Source of the DNA: Chloroflexota bacterium
Lineage (GTDB): Bacteria; Chloroflexota; UBA11872; VXOZ01
DNA length: 64,000 nucleotides
Direction: 5' to 3'
Assembly (NCBI GenBank): GCA_963662335.2
Contig: CAXXVD010000002.1
Span: 160,001 to 224,000, forward strand
A program made the translations under genes and the position numbers. Of this stretch, positions 39,611 through 51,661 are shown one piece after another (within the stretch, counting starts at the first letter, position 1; each line of letters opens with the position of its first letter). A model generated the notes under the pieces. The model did not search any database. It was not told the DNA's origin and saw nothing but the letters and a program-made list of their open reading frames with translations.

Positions 39611-41005
39611 CTAGCAGAGGCAGCCGCCATCGCGCAGCGCGTTCTCGGCCACCCGCTGCATCTCTTCCTGGACTTCCTGGACCGTCTTGGTCTGTTGCTC
39701 CAAGGCTGCCCAGTTCTCGGACCAGGCCTTGTTGACGTCAGACTGCTGCACGACCTGGCGCTGCTCGACGCTGATCTCGGCAGCGTGCGCGTAGACTGCG
39801 GGGTCTTCGTAGTCATAGACCGTGAAGCCCTCGAAGTTCTTGTTCGCTACGTAGCGTCCGCCGCCCAGCGGCACGATGAAGCTCTGGCCTTCCTGGCTCA
39901 ACCAGAACTTATAGAAGTCCCAGGCGCTGTCCGGATGCGCCGACGAACTGGATATCCAATTCGCGTTGATGGACTGTACAACCTGGCGGCCGGCCGGGCC
40001 CTTCGGCAGCATTTCCATCTCCACCGTGAAGGGCTCGTCCTGGGACATGATCTTCTCTTGGATTGTGCGCGTGCCGTACGAACCCCAGGTGCGGGCCGCC
40101 AAGAGTTCTGTGTTGAAGTCCGGCGCCACGTCGTCCTCACTCGGGGCGCTGCGACTGCGCATGACGCGGTGCTTGGTCACCAGGTCCGCGGCAAACTGCG
40201 TGCCTTCGGCAAACTCCTGCGTCAGCATGGCCGGCGCGGAAAAGTCATCGTTCCACCAGGTTGCGCCCCACGCCATCAGGTGGATCCAGTGCCAGCCGAA
40301 TGAGTAGGAGGGCGTAAAGAAACCCCACTGCGTGATGTTATTGCCCTCTACCTTCGTCAGCTTCTTCGCGCCTTCCAGCGCGGTGTCCCAGGTCCACGTG
40401 CCCTCGGCTTCATGCTCCTTGGGCGTCTTGAGACCGGCCTCGGCGTAGAGATCGGCGTTGTACCAAACCTCTTTGCCGTTGGTGAACCAGGCAATACTGT
40501 ACACCTGGCCCTGGATGCGCTCCGTCGCCCAGATGTGGTAGTCGGCCTTGCTCACCTCCGGGTCCGCCGACAGGAACGGCTCCAGCGACTGGATCATCTC
40601 CGCCGTCGCGAACTGGCTGATATAGGAAAAGTGGCCGTAATAGACATCGAAGACGATGCCGCCGGCAAACGAAGCCACGGCCTTATCGATGAGTACGTTG
40701 AAACCGCCGGTAACCGGGTCCACCTTAAGGTCGACATCGGGGTTCTGCGCCCGGAATGTATCGAAGAGGCTGCCGAAGCTTTCATCCCACACCGCCTGCG
40801 TGGTGGTGTAATGGAGGTAATTCACCGTCTTCTGCTCGGCGGCCGCCGGGGCCTCGGTCGTCTTCTCTTCCTGTGGCGCATCCGCCGCGGCCGGCGCATC
40901 GCCGGCAGGAGCGGTCGTTGCCGCACCGCAGGCCGCCAGCAGCAGGCCGGTTCCGGCCACCGCGCTGCTGCCCAGCAACGTTCGTCGTGTCAACTCTCCA
41001 CGCAT
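39611..41005 (-). CDS. Extracellular solute-binding lipoprotein (sugar ABC type, Tat signal)
   Basis: TRRTLL twin-arginine signal, LAAC lipobox, YNADL..EAG, WTWD, PKGPAG. Confidence 0.85.
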   Translation of the reverse strand: MRGELTRRTLLGSSAVAGTGLLLAACGAATTAPAGDAPAAADAPQEEKTTEAPAAAEQKTVNYLHYTTTQAVWDESFGSLFDTFRAQNPDVDLKVDPVTGGFNVLIDKAVASFAGGIVFDVYYGHFSYISQFATAEMIQSLEPFLSADPEVSKADYHIWATERIQGQVYSIAWFTNGKEVWYNADLYAEAGLKTPKEHEAEGTWTWDTALEGAKKLTKVEGNNITQWGFFTPSYSFGWHWIHLMAWGATWWNDDFSAPAMLTQEFAEGTQFAADLVTKHRVMRSRSAPSEDDVAPDFNTELLAARTWGSYGTRTIQEKIMSQDEPFTVEMEMLPKGPAGRQVVQSINANWISSSSAHPDSAWDFYKFWLSQEGQSFIVPLGGGRYVANKNFEGFTVYDYEDPAVYAHAAEISVEQRQVVQQSDVNKAWSENWAALEQQTKTVQEVQEEMQRVAENALRDGGCLC

Positions 41006-41378
41006 GTTCTCTTCCTTCCTCGCTAGCTATCTCACCAGGGCAAGCCTACGGCATCTTCCGCCCGCGCCCTGCCCCTCGTCACTCTCCGGTTGTGCCAGGT
41101 TGATGCTCGTGCTCCGGCAGGCCGGGCGTTCTACGCCCCGCCGCCGGCCCAGCGGCCTGGCTGGCTGTTGAGCGCCTCGTATGCAACCCCCTCCCGATGG
41201 CGCTCGAACTACGCTACGCCCACCCACCACAACGGTGGTCTCTGCAGGCAGTTATAGCACGTTTCGGCAGCGCTGTCATCCGGCGGAGTCCAAGTGATTT
41301 CCCGCGCGCTCGCTTCTACGCGTTGGGGCGGCGCGCCGCCAGTCCGATCCGTAGCCGCCGCTGGGCTGTTCCTCACAC

Positions 41379-41407
41379 TTGACAGACGCCGGAGACCACT
41401 TTAAAAT
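41379..41407 (+). promoter_or_regulatory. Sigma70-type promoter
   Basis: TTGACA-17 bp-TAAAAT, about 80 bp upstream of the solute-binding protein gene, which has an AAGGAGG RBS. Confidence 0.75.
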
Positions 41408-41486
41408 CGGTGCTGCTATCAGGGGTGGCGCTGGCGCGCATTTGCAGCCAGTTGCTTGAATTGTCAAGAGCTAAGGAGGTAGCGCA

Positions 41487-42926
41487 ATGCTCGATAGCAC
41501 GTTGTCTCGACGTCGCCTACTCGCAGGTTCGGCCATGCTGGGGGCGTCGTCCATAGTCTTTGCCGCCTGCGGCGCCGGCGGAGCGCCGGCGGACTCGGCG
41601 GCGGAGCCGGAAGCCGCTGAGCCGGAACAGAAGGAAGCGGCACAGCCGCAGGAAGCCGAGAGCGTCAACATCGTCGCCTTTCTCAAGGTTCCCACGGAAC
41701 TTGAGACCGACTTCATGCAGAACATGGCCGAGCCGTATATCGCCGAGAACGAGGGCGTGAGCGTCGAGCTCGTCTCCCAGGTCGGCGGCACCGCGGACCG
41801 TGTGGCCAAGATCAAGACCATGCAGGCCGGCGGCATTCCGCCGGACATCTCCGAGTTCCCCCGCCGCGCGTTTGCGCAGGTGATGCAGGACCTCGCCCAG
41901 AACATGGACGACCTGGTCAAGGCCCGCGGCCTGGACCTGAGCGTCTACAATCCCAATCTCCTCGAGCGCGACGCCATGTTCCAGGGGCAGGTCTACCTGC
42001 TGCCCATGGGCCACGGCGGCAACGCCCATGTGGTTATGATCAACCCCAACTACTTTGAGGCGGCGGGGCTTGACTATCCGTCAGCAGACGTGGCGAATTC
42101 CTGGACCTGGGACGAGTGGCTGGACGTGATGGTCAAGCTGCGCAAGTTCGAGGGCGACCAGGTGAGCCAGTGGGCGATGGGCAACCACGCGCACGACTGG
42201 TGCTCCTGGCAACTGCTCTGGGGCGATGAGTGTAGCTGGGTTTCGCAGGACCTGACCACGGCCACCTGTGACTCCGAGGCCATGATCGACTGCTACACGA
42301 GTTTCTTCGACCTGATCCACAAGCACAAGGTGATTCCGCCGCAGGCCGACCGCAACAACACCTACTTCGGCGGCCAGAATCCCTTCCTGAGCGGTCAGGT
42401 GCCCTTGATGATCTCGGCCCCGCGCAGTCTGCCCCTCACCTACGCCGACAAGGCGCTGGAGCAGGGCGTGGACTTCGTGATGGCGCCCATGCCGCGCGTG
42501 GTGCGCTCGACGCCGGACGCCAACCAGCATAAGCTCGGTTTGGTCTACGGCAGCGAGAAGCGCGAAGCGGCGTTCGACTACATGGCCTGGCTGCTGCACG
42601 AAGGCCGCCTCGGCAAGTTCGTGCGCCGGATCCCGGCCTGGATTCCCGAGATCGAGCCGTTCATCAACGAAGCCTTCCAGGGCTACAGCAACCCGCGCAT
42701 TTCCGTTGCGCAGGATGCCCTCGCCACCGCCGTCCCGCAGTGGAACGTCGGCTCCTTGCCCACCAGCGGCCAGGTGACGACCCTGCTGAACGACCTGGGC
42801 GACAAGAAGCTCTGGACCGGTGAGCAGGATGCGGCCACCTTCTTGAAGGAAATCCAGCCCACCATGCAGGCAATCGTGGACGACGGCCTCAAGATCATCC
42901 GCGAGAAGCTCGGCAACTGGCCGTAG
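41487..42926 (+). CDS. Extracellular solute-binding lipoprotein (Tat signal)
   Basis: SRRRLL, FAAC lipobox, PPDI, FEAAGL.YP...WTWDE. Confidence 0.85.
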   Translation: MLDSTLSRRRLLAGSAMLGASSIVFAACGAGGAPADSAAEPEAAEPEQKEAAQPQEAESVNIVAFLKVPTELETDFMQNMAEPYIAENEGVSVELVSQVGGTADRVAKIKTMQAGGIPPDISEFPRRAFAQVMQDLAQNMDDLVKARGLDLSVYNPNLLERDAMFQGQVYLLPMGHGGNAHVVMINPNYFEAAGLDYPSADVANSWTWDEWLDVMVKLRKFEGDQVSQWAMGNHAHDWCSWQLLWGDECSWVSQDLTTATCDSEAMIDCYTSFFDLIHKHKVIPPQADRNNTYFGGQNPFLSGQVPLMISAPRSLPLTYADKALEQGVDFVMAPMPRVVRSTPDANQHKLGLVYGSEKREAAFDYMAWLLHEGRLGKFVRRIPAWIPEIEPFINEAFQGYSNPRISVAQDALATAVPQWNVGSLPTSGQVTTLLNDLGDKKLWTGEQDAATFLKEIQPTMQAIVDDGLKIIREKLGNWP

Positions 42927-43241
42927 AGCGACGGCATTTCCCGAGCCGCTGTCTGTAACGTACACGGCAGCGCCTCGTCAGCCTCGCGGGGAACACACGG
43001 TCGCGGACCTTAACCGGTCCGCGACCGTGTACGCGTTAATGGCCGCGCGAACCGGAGCGCGCTTCCGCCGTGAGACCTTTGCGTGCCTCCGTCATTCCGG
43101 CGAAAGCCGGAATCCAGAGGCGCATTTACAGCCAAGAATAAAGGTCTCCTCCGTGCGGCACGCGGTTTTCCTGCGCGCGGGAAACAACGAGACACTGCAA
43201 GCGCGTTGCCATGGCGGCGCGCGCCGCTTCCGCGTGAGCGC

Positions 43242-43520
43242 TTAGGCGAGTTCCAGCCGCTGGGGGCGGCTCTTGGGCACGCGCGCGACTTCGCCGCGGG
43301 CTTCCAAGTCGAGCTTCACCGTGGTCACGTACCAGGAGATCGAACCGGCAAAACTACCCTCCAGCTTCCGCCCCGCCTCCTCTACCAATTCGGTAAACGT
43401 CAACGTGCCGTGCGCTTGCAGCGCCTGCCGGATCGCCGCCCGCACGGTTTCGTACTTCCGCTTGTCGATGTTCACCCCGGCCTTGCCCGCGGGATGCAGC
43501 GTCATGATCTTCTCCGCCAT
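43242..43520 (-). CDS. Small conserved hypothetical protein (winged-helix-like)
   Basis: 92 aa with LHPAGKAGVNI and GSISWYVTTVKLDLEARG, resembling a DUF6958-type family (from memory). Confidence 0.65.
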   Translation of the reverse strand: MAEKIMTLHPAGKAGVNIDKRKYETVRAAIRQALQAHGTLTFTELVEEAGRKLEGSFAGSISWYVTTVKLDLEARGEVARVPKSRPQRLELA

Positions 43521-43770
43521 CGCCCTATCTTAGCTCCTACGTCAAATGAGTATTCGATGCCCGACGCAGTGTCGCCAGCGTCTCCCTTGGCGGCTGCCGC
43601 AAGAGACACACACCCGTGAATCTGGTAGAGTAGAATACAGCATTGTGCTCCTCTTTTTATCACGTTAAGGGCGCGGCGCCGCCCGCCGCGCCGCTGGCGC
43701 AGCCGTTGCCATGGGGCAGTTCCCAATGGTCTGGCGGCGGCGCGCCGTCTAGCGGCGCGAGGAGTCACGA

Positions 43771-45129
43771 GTGAGCGGACCGCAAGCAACCCAACAAGCG
43801 GGCAACCCTCTATCGCGTCGCCAACTTCTCCTTAGCAGCGCCCTGCTGGCCGCCGCATGCAACCGCAGCCAGACGTTCGGCACTGACGGACAGCCGCTTG
43901 TCCTGCGCCTCGTCCACTGGGGCTACGAGACGGACCTGATCCGCCACAATCTGGAACGCTTCGCCACGCAGTACGCCGGCTTGCGCGTGGCGCCCGAGGC
44001 CGTCGACGGGGATTACCGCGACGCCGTCAGCCGCTCGCTCCATGCGGGACAGCCCATCGACGCCGCCTACGTGCGCGAGACGGACCTCGCGGCCTGGGTG
44101 GAAGCCGGTTGGCTCGAGCCGCTCGACGGCTACGGCGGCTTCGACCGGCTGCGCGCGGCCATGGTTCCCCAGGCGGCCGACGGCATCCGCTGCAAAGGGG
44201 AAACCTACGGCTTGCCGTACTTTACGGAGTGCGCGCTTTGGGTCTATGACGAGGCCATACTCCACCAGGCCGGCATCACGCTGCCGCCCCAGACGTGGAA
44301 CGAGGTGACGCAGCAGGCGCTCGAGATCAAGCGGCTCGGCATCGTGGAACACCCAATCCGGCTCACCTACCGCTTTCACACCAGCACCAATATAGACTGG
44401 TGGTCGATGGTCTACGCCCGCGGCGGCAGCTTCTTCGACGAAAACCTGAACCCCGTGTTCCATCTTCCCGGCTCCGCCGCCGAACAGACGCTAGGCTGGC
44501 TCTTGGAGGGCATTCACACCACTGCCATCATCCATCCCAACGTCCTCGACAGCAGCTATGGCGCCGCGCTGCGCAATCCCACCGCGTTTACAATCCAGCC
44601 CGGGTACAACTTTCTCTTCGCAAACCGGCAAGAGGGCGCCGGCGCCCCGGGTTCGCGCCGCGCCGCGCTCTTTCCCGGCAACGATCCCTCGCAGAGCGGC
44701 TCGGTAATGTGGACGCGGCTCTACGCGCTGCCCAGGACGAGCGGCAAGAAAGACGCCGCCTGGGAACTCCTGCGGTACCTGGGAGGGCAGGATCGCGAGG
44801 AGCGCTTCTATACGCCGCTCTTCTGGTTCGTGAACCGCTCGCTGGGCAGCGCGTATGAAGCGCTCTACACGGACCCGCAAGTGCAGTCTCTCGCCGCGGA
44901 GCGCGGCCTCGATCTGCAAGTGTACCTGGAGCAGCGCCGGGTGGCCCGCACGCACGAGGCCCGCGAGGTCCCGTGGTTCAGACAGTGGGAACACTACGCG
45001 CAGCTTGAGGTCCAACGCGCGCTGCTGCGGCAGATTCCGCCGCGCGCGGCGCTGGAACGCATGGCCGAAACCTTCTACGCCCTGCGTCTGGAGTGGAGCA
45101 ACGTGACGAGCGGCGCGTCATCCCAGTAG
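43771..45129 (+). CDS. Extracellular solute-binding lipoprotein (Tat signal)
   Basis: SRRQLL, AAAC lipobox, YGLPY, PQTWNE, AAWELLRYL. Confidence 0.83.
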   Translation: MSGPQATQQAGNPLSRRQLLLSSALLAAACNRSQTFGTDGQPLVLRLVHWGYETDLIRHNLERFATQYAGLRVAPEAVDGDYRDAVSRSLHAGQPIDAAYVRETDLAAWVEAGWLEPLDGYGGFDRLRAAMVPQAADGIRCKGETYGLPYFTECALWVYDEAILHQAGITLPPQTWNEVTQQALEIKRLGIVEHPIRLTYRFHTSTNIDWWSMVYARGGSFFDENLNPVFHLPGSAAEQTLGWLLEGIHTTAIIHPNVLDSSYGAALRNPTAFTIQPGYNFLFANRQEGAGAPGSRRAALFPGNDPSQSGSVMWTRLYALPRTSGKKDAAWELLRYLGGQDREERFYTPLFWFVNRSLGSAYEALYTDPQVQSLAAERGLDLQVYLEQRRVARTHEAREVPWFRQWEHYAQLEVQRALLRQIPPRAALERMAETFYALRLEWSNVTSGASSQ

Positions 45130-45176
45130 CGCGAGCCTGCCGCGGCCCCGTGCCCTTCCGGATGACGAACCGCGCC

Positions 45177-45217
45177 AAAAAACAGAAGAGCGCTACGACC
45201 GGATACGTCGTAGCGCT
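45177..45217 (-). terminator. Intrinsic terminator downstream of rpsO
   Basis: 11-bp stem AGCGCTACGAC/GTCGTAGCGCT, followed on the minus strand by a T-rich tail ending TTTTTT. Confidence 0.6.
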
Positions 45218-45267
45218 TCAGTGCGCCGCAGGCGGCACAGCGCGTCCGCGATGGCGGAAGCTACCGC

Positions 45268-45534
45268 CTAGCCGCGCAGGCCAAGCTCCGCTATGACCGC
45301 GCGGTACCGCTCCGGATCGCGGCGGTGCAGATAGCGCATAAGCCGCCGCCGCTGCCCCACCAGCTTGAGCAGCCCCATTTCCGAGTGCTTGTCGTTCTTG
45401 TGCTCGCCCATGTGGGTCGAAATCTGCTGGATGCGCTCCGTTAGCAACGCGATCTGCACCGCGGACGAACCGCTGTCGTTCGCCCCCCGGCCAAACTGCG
45501 CTATGATCTCTTGCTTCCGTTCTGTCGTCAGCAC
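45268..45534 (-). CDS. rpsO: 30S ribosomal protein S15
   Basis: DSGS.AVQIALLT.RI, H..DKHS..GLLKLVGQRRRL..YL, LGLR. Confidence 0.97.
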   Translation of the reverse strand: MLTTERKQEIIAQFGRGANDSGSSAVQIALLTERIQQISTHMGEHKNDKHSEMGLLKLVGQRRRLMRYLHRRDPERYRAVIAELGLRG

Positions 45535-45729
45535 GCCGTTTCTACCTCATCCTACTTCCGCGCCCGCAGGCGACAATTCGTACTCCTATATTCGCACGTT
45601 ACGTAGTCCGCGCGCAACTATGCGGGGCGCAGCGTACGGGACACGGGCTCTATGGGTCTTTCTTCTACTGGCGCGCGATCCACTGCCTGCGCCCGTCTAC
45701 GAACAGGCGGCGTATACGTTCCGGAATCG

Positions 45730-46209
45730 CTATTGCTCAATGCTAGGCGCGGGCACATCGCTGGGATCCACGCGAATGCGTACGTCAGGGATAATCTCCT
45801 GCGGCTTGAAAATCACCCGGTAGTGATACTCGCTTACGTCTGCCGCGTCTACTTGCTCCGCGACATAGGTAACGTTATCGGAAAGGCCGAGGAAGTGCTT
45901 CTTGTACGCATTCTCGCCGGTCTTGCACGTCACCTCGAGTTGCCCGCGTGCGCGCCCTCCCGAACCCCAGTCTTCATGGATTGAGCAGCGCCCCTCGATG
46001 ACCAGCATAAAGCTGTCCGTGATGCCATTGTAGAACACGATGCGGCGCTCTATCTCGAAGTTGTCGGCGGCAGTCGAGAGGTTGCGGGATGCGGTGGTAG
46101 CGGCGCTAGAGCATGCCACCAATAGCAAGAGTGCAATCGTCGTTAGCCCTAGTTCCAGCTTTGGCACGCGCCTCTTTCCCTTTCGCTCCGATGACCGTTT
46201 CTCCGCCAC
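45730..46209 (-). CDS. Lipoprotein of a family usually seen in phages/prophages
   Basis: Lipobox LVAC; ASRNLS.AADNFEI.RRIVFYNGITD, EGRCSI, YKKHFLGLSDNVTY, HYRVIFKP. Start uncertain. Confidence 0.7.
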   Translation of the reverse strand: MAEKRSSERKGKRRVPKLELGLTTIALLLLVACSSAATTASRNLSTAADNFEIERRIVFYNGITDSFMLVIEGRCSIHEDWGSGGRARGQLEVTCKTGENAYKKHFLGLSDNVTYVAEQVDAADVSEYHYRVIFKPQEIIPDVRIRVDPSDVPAPSIEQ

Positions 46210-46585
46210 TCTTCGCCCCTATCGTAGCCGATCAGTTTGTCCCTGGACAATGCCACTGCCGACTGTCGGACCAAGGCCGTTGCGGATTGCCTCACTCTTG
46301 AATTGCTCTTCTGTCGAGGATTCCCGTCGCCGCCGGCCTTGATCGGCCTTAGGCCAAACCGCATGTTCCAGGCGGCGGAACGGCGGCGGTCCGCGGCAAG
46401 GCGTTAGCGGTACTCACGGCGCCAGGGAACTACCACTCATGGGGCCGCTGCCCATCGCTTGTTGGTCTCAGGACGCCGCGACGGCGTGCGCGGGCTTTCG
46501 CCAGCGGGGTCTCGCGGGCGTTGCCGAGTCAGTGTAGAGGTTCACCGTCGTCCTGGGCGGACACAATGCACTATAGCTTTTAAGC

Positions 46586-46719
46586 GTTTGACAGCAGGTT
46601 CGTCGGGCGTGATTGCAGGAAGGACGTTAAAGTGGGACGAGGACTGGAAAACGCTGGTGTGAAACCAGGCGGGGGGTTGGAAGGATGCTGCAAGGACTAT
46701 GACGAACCTGCAGCCAAAC
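46586..46719. ncRNA. Candidate structured small RNA (long hairpin with large bubble)
   Basis: Nested stems GTTTGACAGCAGGTTCGTC/GACGAACCTGCAGCCAAAC, TTGCAG/CTGCAA and CGCTGGT/ACCAGGCG. Extended -10 TGCTATACT just upstream on the minus strand. Confidence 0.5.
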
Positions 46720-46958
46720 AAGAACAGTATAGCACACCTGCCGCCGGGGCACAATCGCCGGTAGCCGCCAGTGGCGCTCTCGCGGCATGGGTGTACCACC
46801 CGGCGCGCTCTCGCCAACCGCGGGCGAGACCAGCGCATCCCATTGACGCGGCGTGTTTTCGGCACGTAGACTGGGAGTAGAACTCTGCCCGCGCGGCCAC
46901 GCGCAGCAGCCATGCGCGGCCCCGGCGCACAACCCGCGCCTGATAGAGCGACAACGCC

Positions 46959-49595
<2,637 letters not shown>

Positions 49596-49611
49596 CACCA
49601 CCCACTACACA

Positions 49612-50784
49612 ATGGCTACGACAAAGCTGCTAACCGACGACGCGCGCCGCATCGCCCTCTACTGGCTGGCGGAAGCCGTGCCAAACTGTCAGTCCCAAGG
49701 CGTATCGGTCGGGCTGCCGGAGTGGGACGATCGGCTGCGGGTGTGGCGCGTCGCCATCATCGCGGCTGACGCTCCCGACCGTCCTTTGGGTGAGGTGCGC
49801 GTCGACTCGGCCGGCGCTATTTGCTTCAATTCCCCGCCTGAGATAGTCACGCAGCGATTGCGGGAATCCCGGAAATCGAAACGGAAAGCAAACCCCAAGA
49901 AGAGCAGCGCCCCGATTGCCTTTGCCCCCATTCCAAACAAGGTAATTCTGGGTGATTGCCGCACCGTGTTGGATGGGTTTCCGCCGGATAGCGTTCAGCT
50001 TGTCTTTACGTCGCCGCCATACCTCAATGCCAAGCCCGAATACTCGGAATACGTGGATTACCGCTCGTACCTCGACTTCCTTGGGGAAGCATTCGCCGCG
50101 TGCCACAGCGTACTCTCCGAAGGCAGGTTTCTGGTAGTCAACGTTTCGCCCGTGTTGCTGAAGCGAACCTCGCGCAGCACCGCCAGCAAGCGCCTGCCGA
50201 TACCCTTTGACCTGCATCCCATTCTGGACGGCATCGGCTTCGAATTCATCGACGACATCATCTGGCGCAAGCCGGAGGGCGCCGGCTGGCATCTTGGCAG
50301 AGGCAGAAGATTCGCCGCCGACCGGCAGCCATTGCAGTACAAGCCCGTGACGGTCACCGAAAACGTCTTGGTCTACCGCAAGCGGACGTCCCGCCTCATC
50401 GACTGGAACCTGCGCAATCATCCGGACCCGGGCCAGGTAGATCGCTCCCGCATTCTGGGTGAATATGACCGGACGAACGTGTGGGACATCACGCCGGCAA
50501 GCCATGCCGCCCACCCGGCGGTCTTTCCCGATGAGCTTGCGCGGCGCGTCATACGCTACTACTCATTCGAAGGCGACAGCGTCTTGGACCCGTTCGCGGG
50601 CATCGGCACCGTGGGCCGCGCGGCGTCCCAGTTGGCAAGACGATTCGTGCTCATTGAAAAACGCAGCGACTACTTCGAAATCATCAGGCAGGAGTTGGGC
50701 GCAACGTCTATGTTTGGGTCCCAGGCGGATTTTGACGACCTGGAGTACTTCTGGAGCGCGGATCATGGCCCCGGAACTCTATAA
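49612..50784 (+). CDS. N4-cytosine DNA methyltransferase, M.CfrBI-like (beta class)
   Basis: TSPPY, GRGRRFAADR.PLQYK, HPAVFP, LDPFAGIGT motifs. Confidence 0.88.
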   Translation: MATTKLLTDDARRIALYWLAEAVPNCQSQGVSVGLPEWDDRLRVWRVAIIAADAPDRPLGEVRVDSAGAICFNSPPEIVTQRLRESRKSKRKANPKKSSAPIAFAPIPNKVILGDCRTVLDGFPPDSVQLVFTSPPYLNAKPEYSEYVDYRSYLDFLGEAFAACHSVLSEGRFLVVNVSPVLLKRTSRSTASKRLPIPFDLHPILDGIGFEFIDDIIWRKPEGAGWHLGRGRRFAADRQPLQYKPVTVTENVLVYRKRTSRLIDWNLRNHPDPGQVDRSRILGEYDRTNVWDITPASHAAHPAVFPDELARRVIRYYSFEGDSVLDPFAGIGTVGRAASQLARRFVLIEKRSDYFEIIRQELGATSMFGSQADFDDLEYFWSADHGPGTL

Positions 50785-51649
50785 CTTGAACGCGCCGGAG
50801 GGCCTGCGCGCTATTGTCACGGCTCTGTTTTGCGGCTATAACTACCGGCTTTACACCGAAGGCGAGACTCGTCACGTCCTGCTGGAAACCTACAGCGAGT
50901 TGAACGCCATTCGGCAGCGCCTCCCCGCCCACGCCGGCTACGACGAGTGGTTAGAGGCCGTTGCGGACGAACTGGATAAGAACCCGGGTTCTCTGGGGTG
51001 GTGGCTGGTTGGCTTGACGAACAAGACGGCCAACAACCTGGGTTTGCAGCGGAGCGATCGCCTGGACTACCTGGCGGAAGTACTTGCGCACATTCGCTCT
51101 TTCGTTGCGGATTCCGCCGCTCCGCACTCTTTCTCCGATGCCGTAGTCATGCTGTGGGCCGGGGCCGCCACGCTCACCATTCGCGGTTCGCGGAAATCGA
51201 GGCTTGGCAAAATCCTCGAAGGCTCATTCTTGCGCGCCGGCCTTAGCTTGCTGGGACTGCGTGAAGGGGAAGACTTTTGGCTCAATATGCAGCGGGATGC
51301 GGAGGTCCTGCGCGAAGTCGATGCGGAAATCGCCAGCCGCCGCGGGCGCATTAGGGTAGAAGTGGGGCTGATCGAACGCGGGAATCAGGAAGTCATCGAA
51401 GACAAAATCAACCGCGTTGGGCGCGGCGGCATCGTTATATTCGACCAGATCGGCCCCCGCTCCACCATCCACGGCACGGCCGCGGCGCAGCAGGTGTGTC
51501 TCATACAAATCAGAAACAGCCGCCCTCTGTCGGCGCTGCACGATTATCTAGCGGACAAGACAGAGAAAGCCGTCAACGAGCCTCCGGCGGACACGGCAGA
51601 CATTGAAACTGCCGTGAGCGCGTTGCCGGATGCCCTTTTCACAGCATAG
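50765..51649 (+). CDS. Type II restriction endonuclease, CfrBI-family-like
   Basis: TLTIRGS.KS..GK..E, RE.DA, EVGLIERGN.E..EDK motifs; overlaps the 3' end of the methyltransferase. Confidence 0.72.
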   Translation: MAPELYNLNAPEGLRAIVTALFCGYNYRLYTEGETRHVLLETYSELNAIRQRLPAHAGYDEWLEAVADELDKNPGSLGWWLVGLTNKTANNLGLQRSDRLDYLAEVLAHIRSFVADSAAPHSFSDAVVMLWAGAATLTIRGSRKSRLGKILEGSFLRAGLSLLGLREGEDFWLNMQRDAEVLREVDAEIASRRGRIRVEVGLIERGNQEVIEDKINRVGRGGIVIFDQIGPRSTIHGTAAAQQVCLIQIRNSRPLSALHDYLADKTEKAVNEPPADTADIETAVSALPDALFTA

Positions 51650-51661
51650 CGAGGGACTTTC

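Noticed and set aside
45535-45660. Possible S15 autoregulatory leader upstream of rpsO
   Set aside because: Expected by position, but no known leader structure could be recognised by eye.
46210-46958. tRNA, tmRNA, SRP RNA, RNase P RNA or riboswitch in the long spacer
   Set aside because: None of their signature motifs was found; only the 46586-46719 hairpin was retained.
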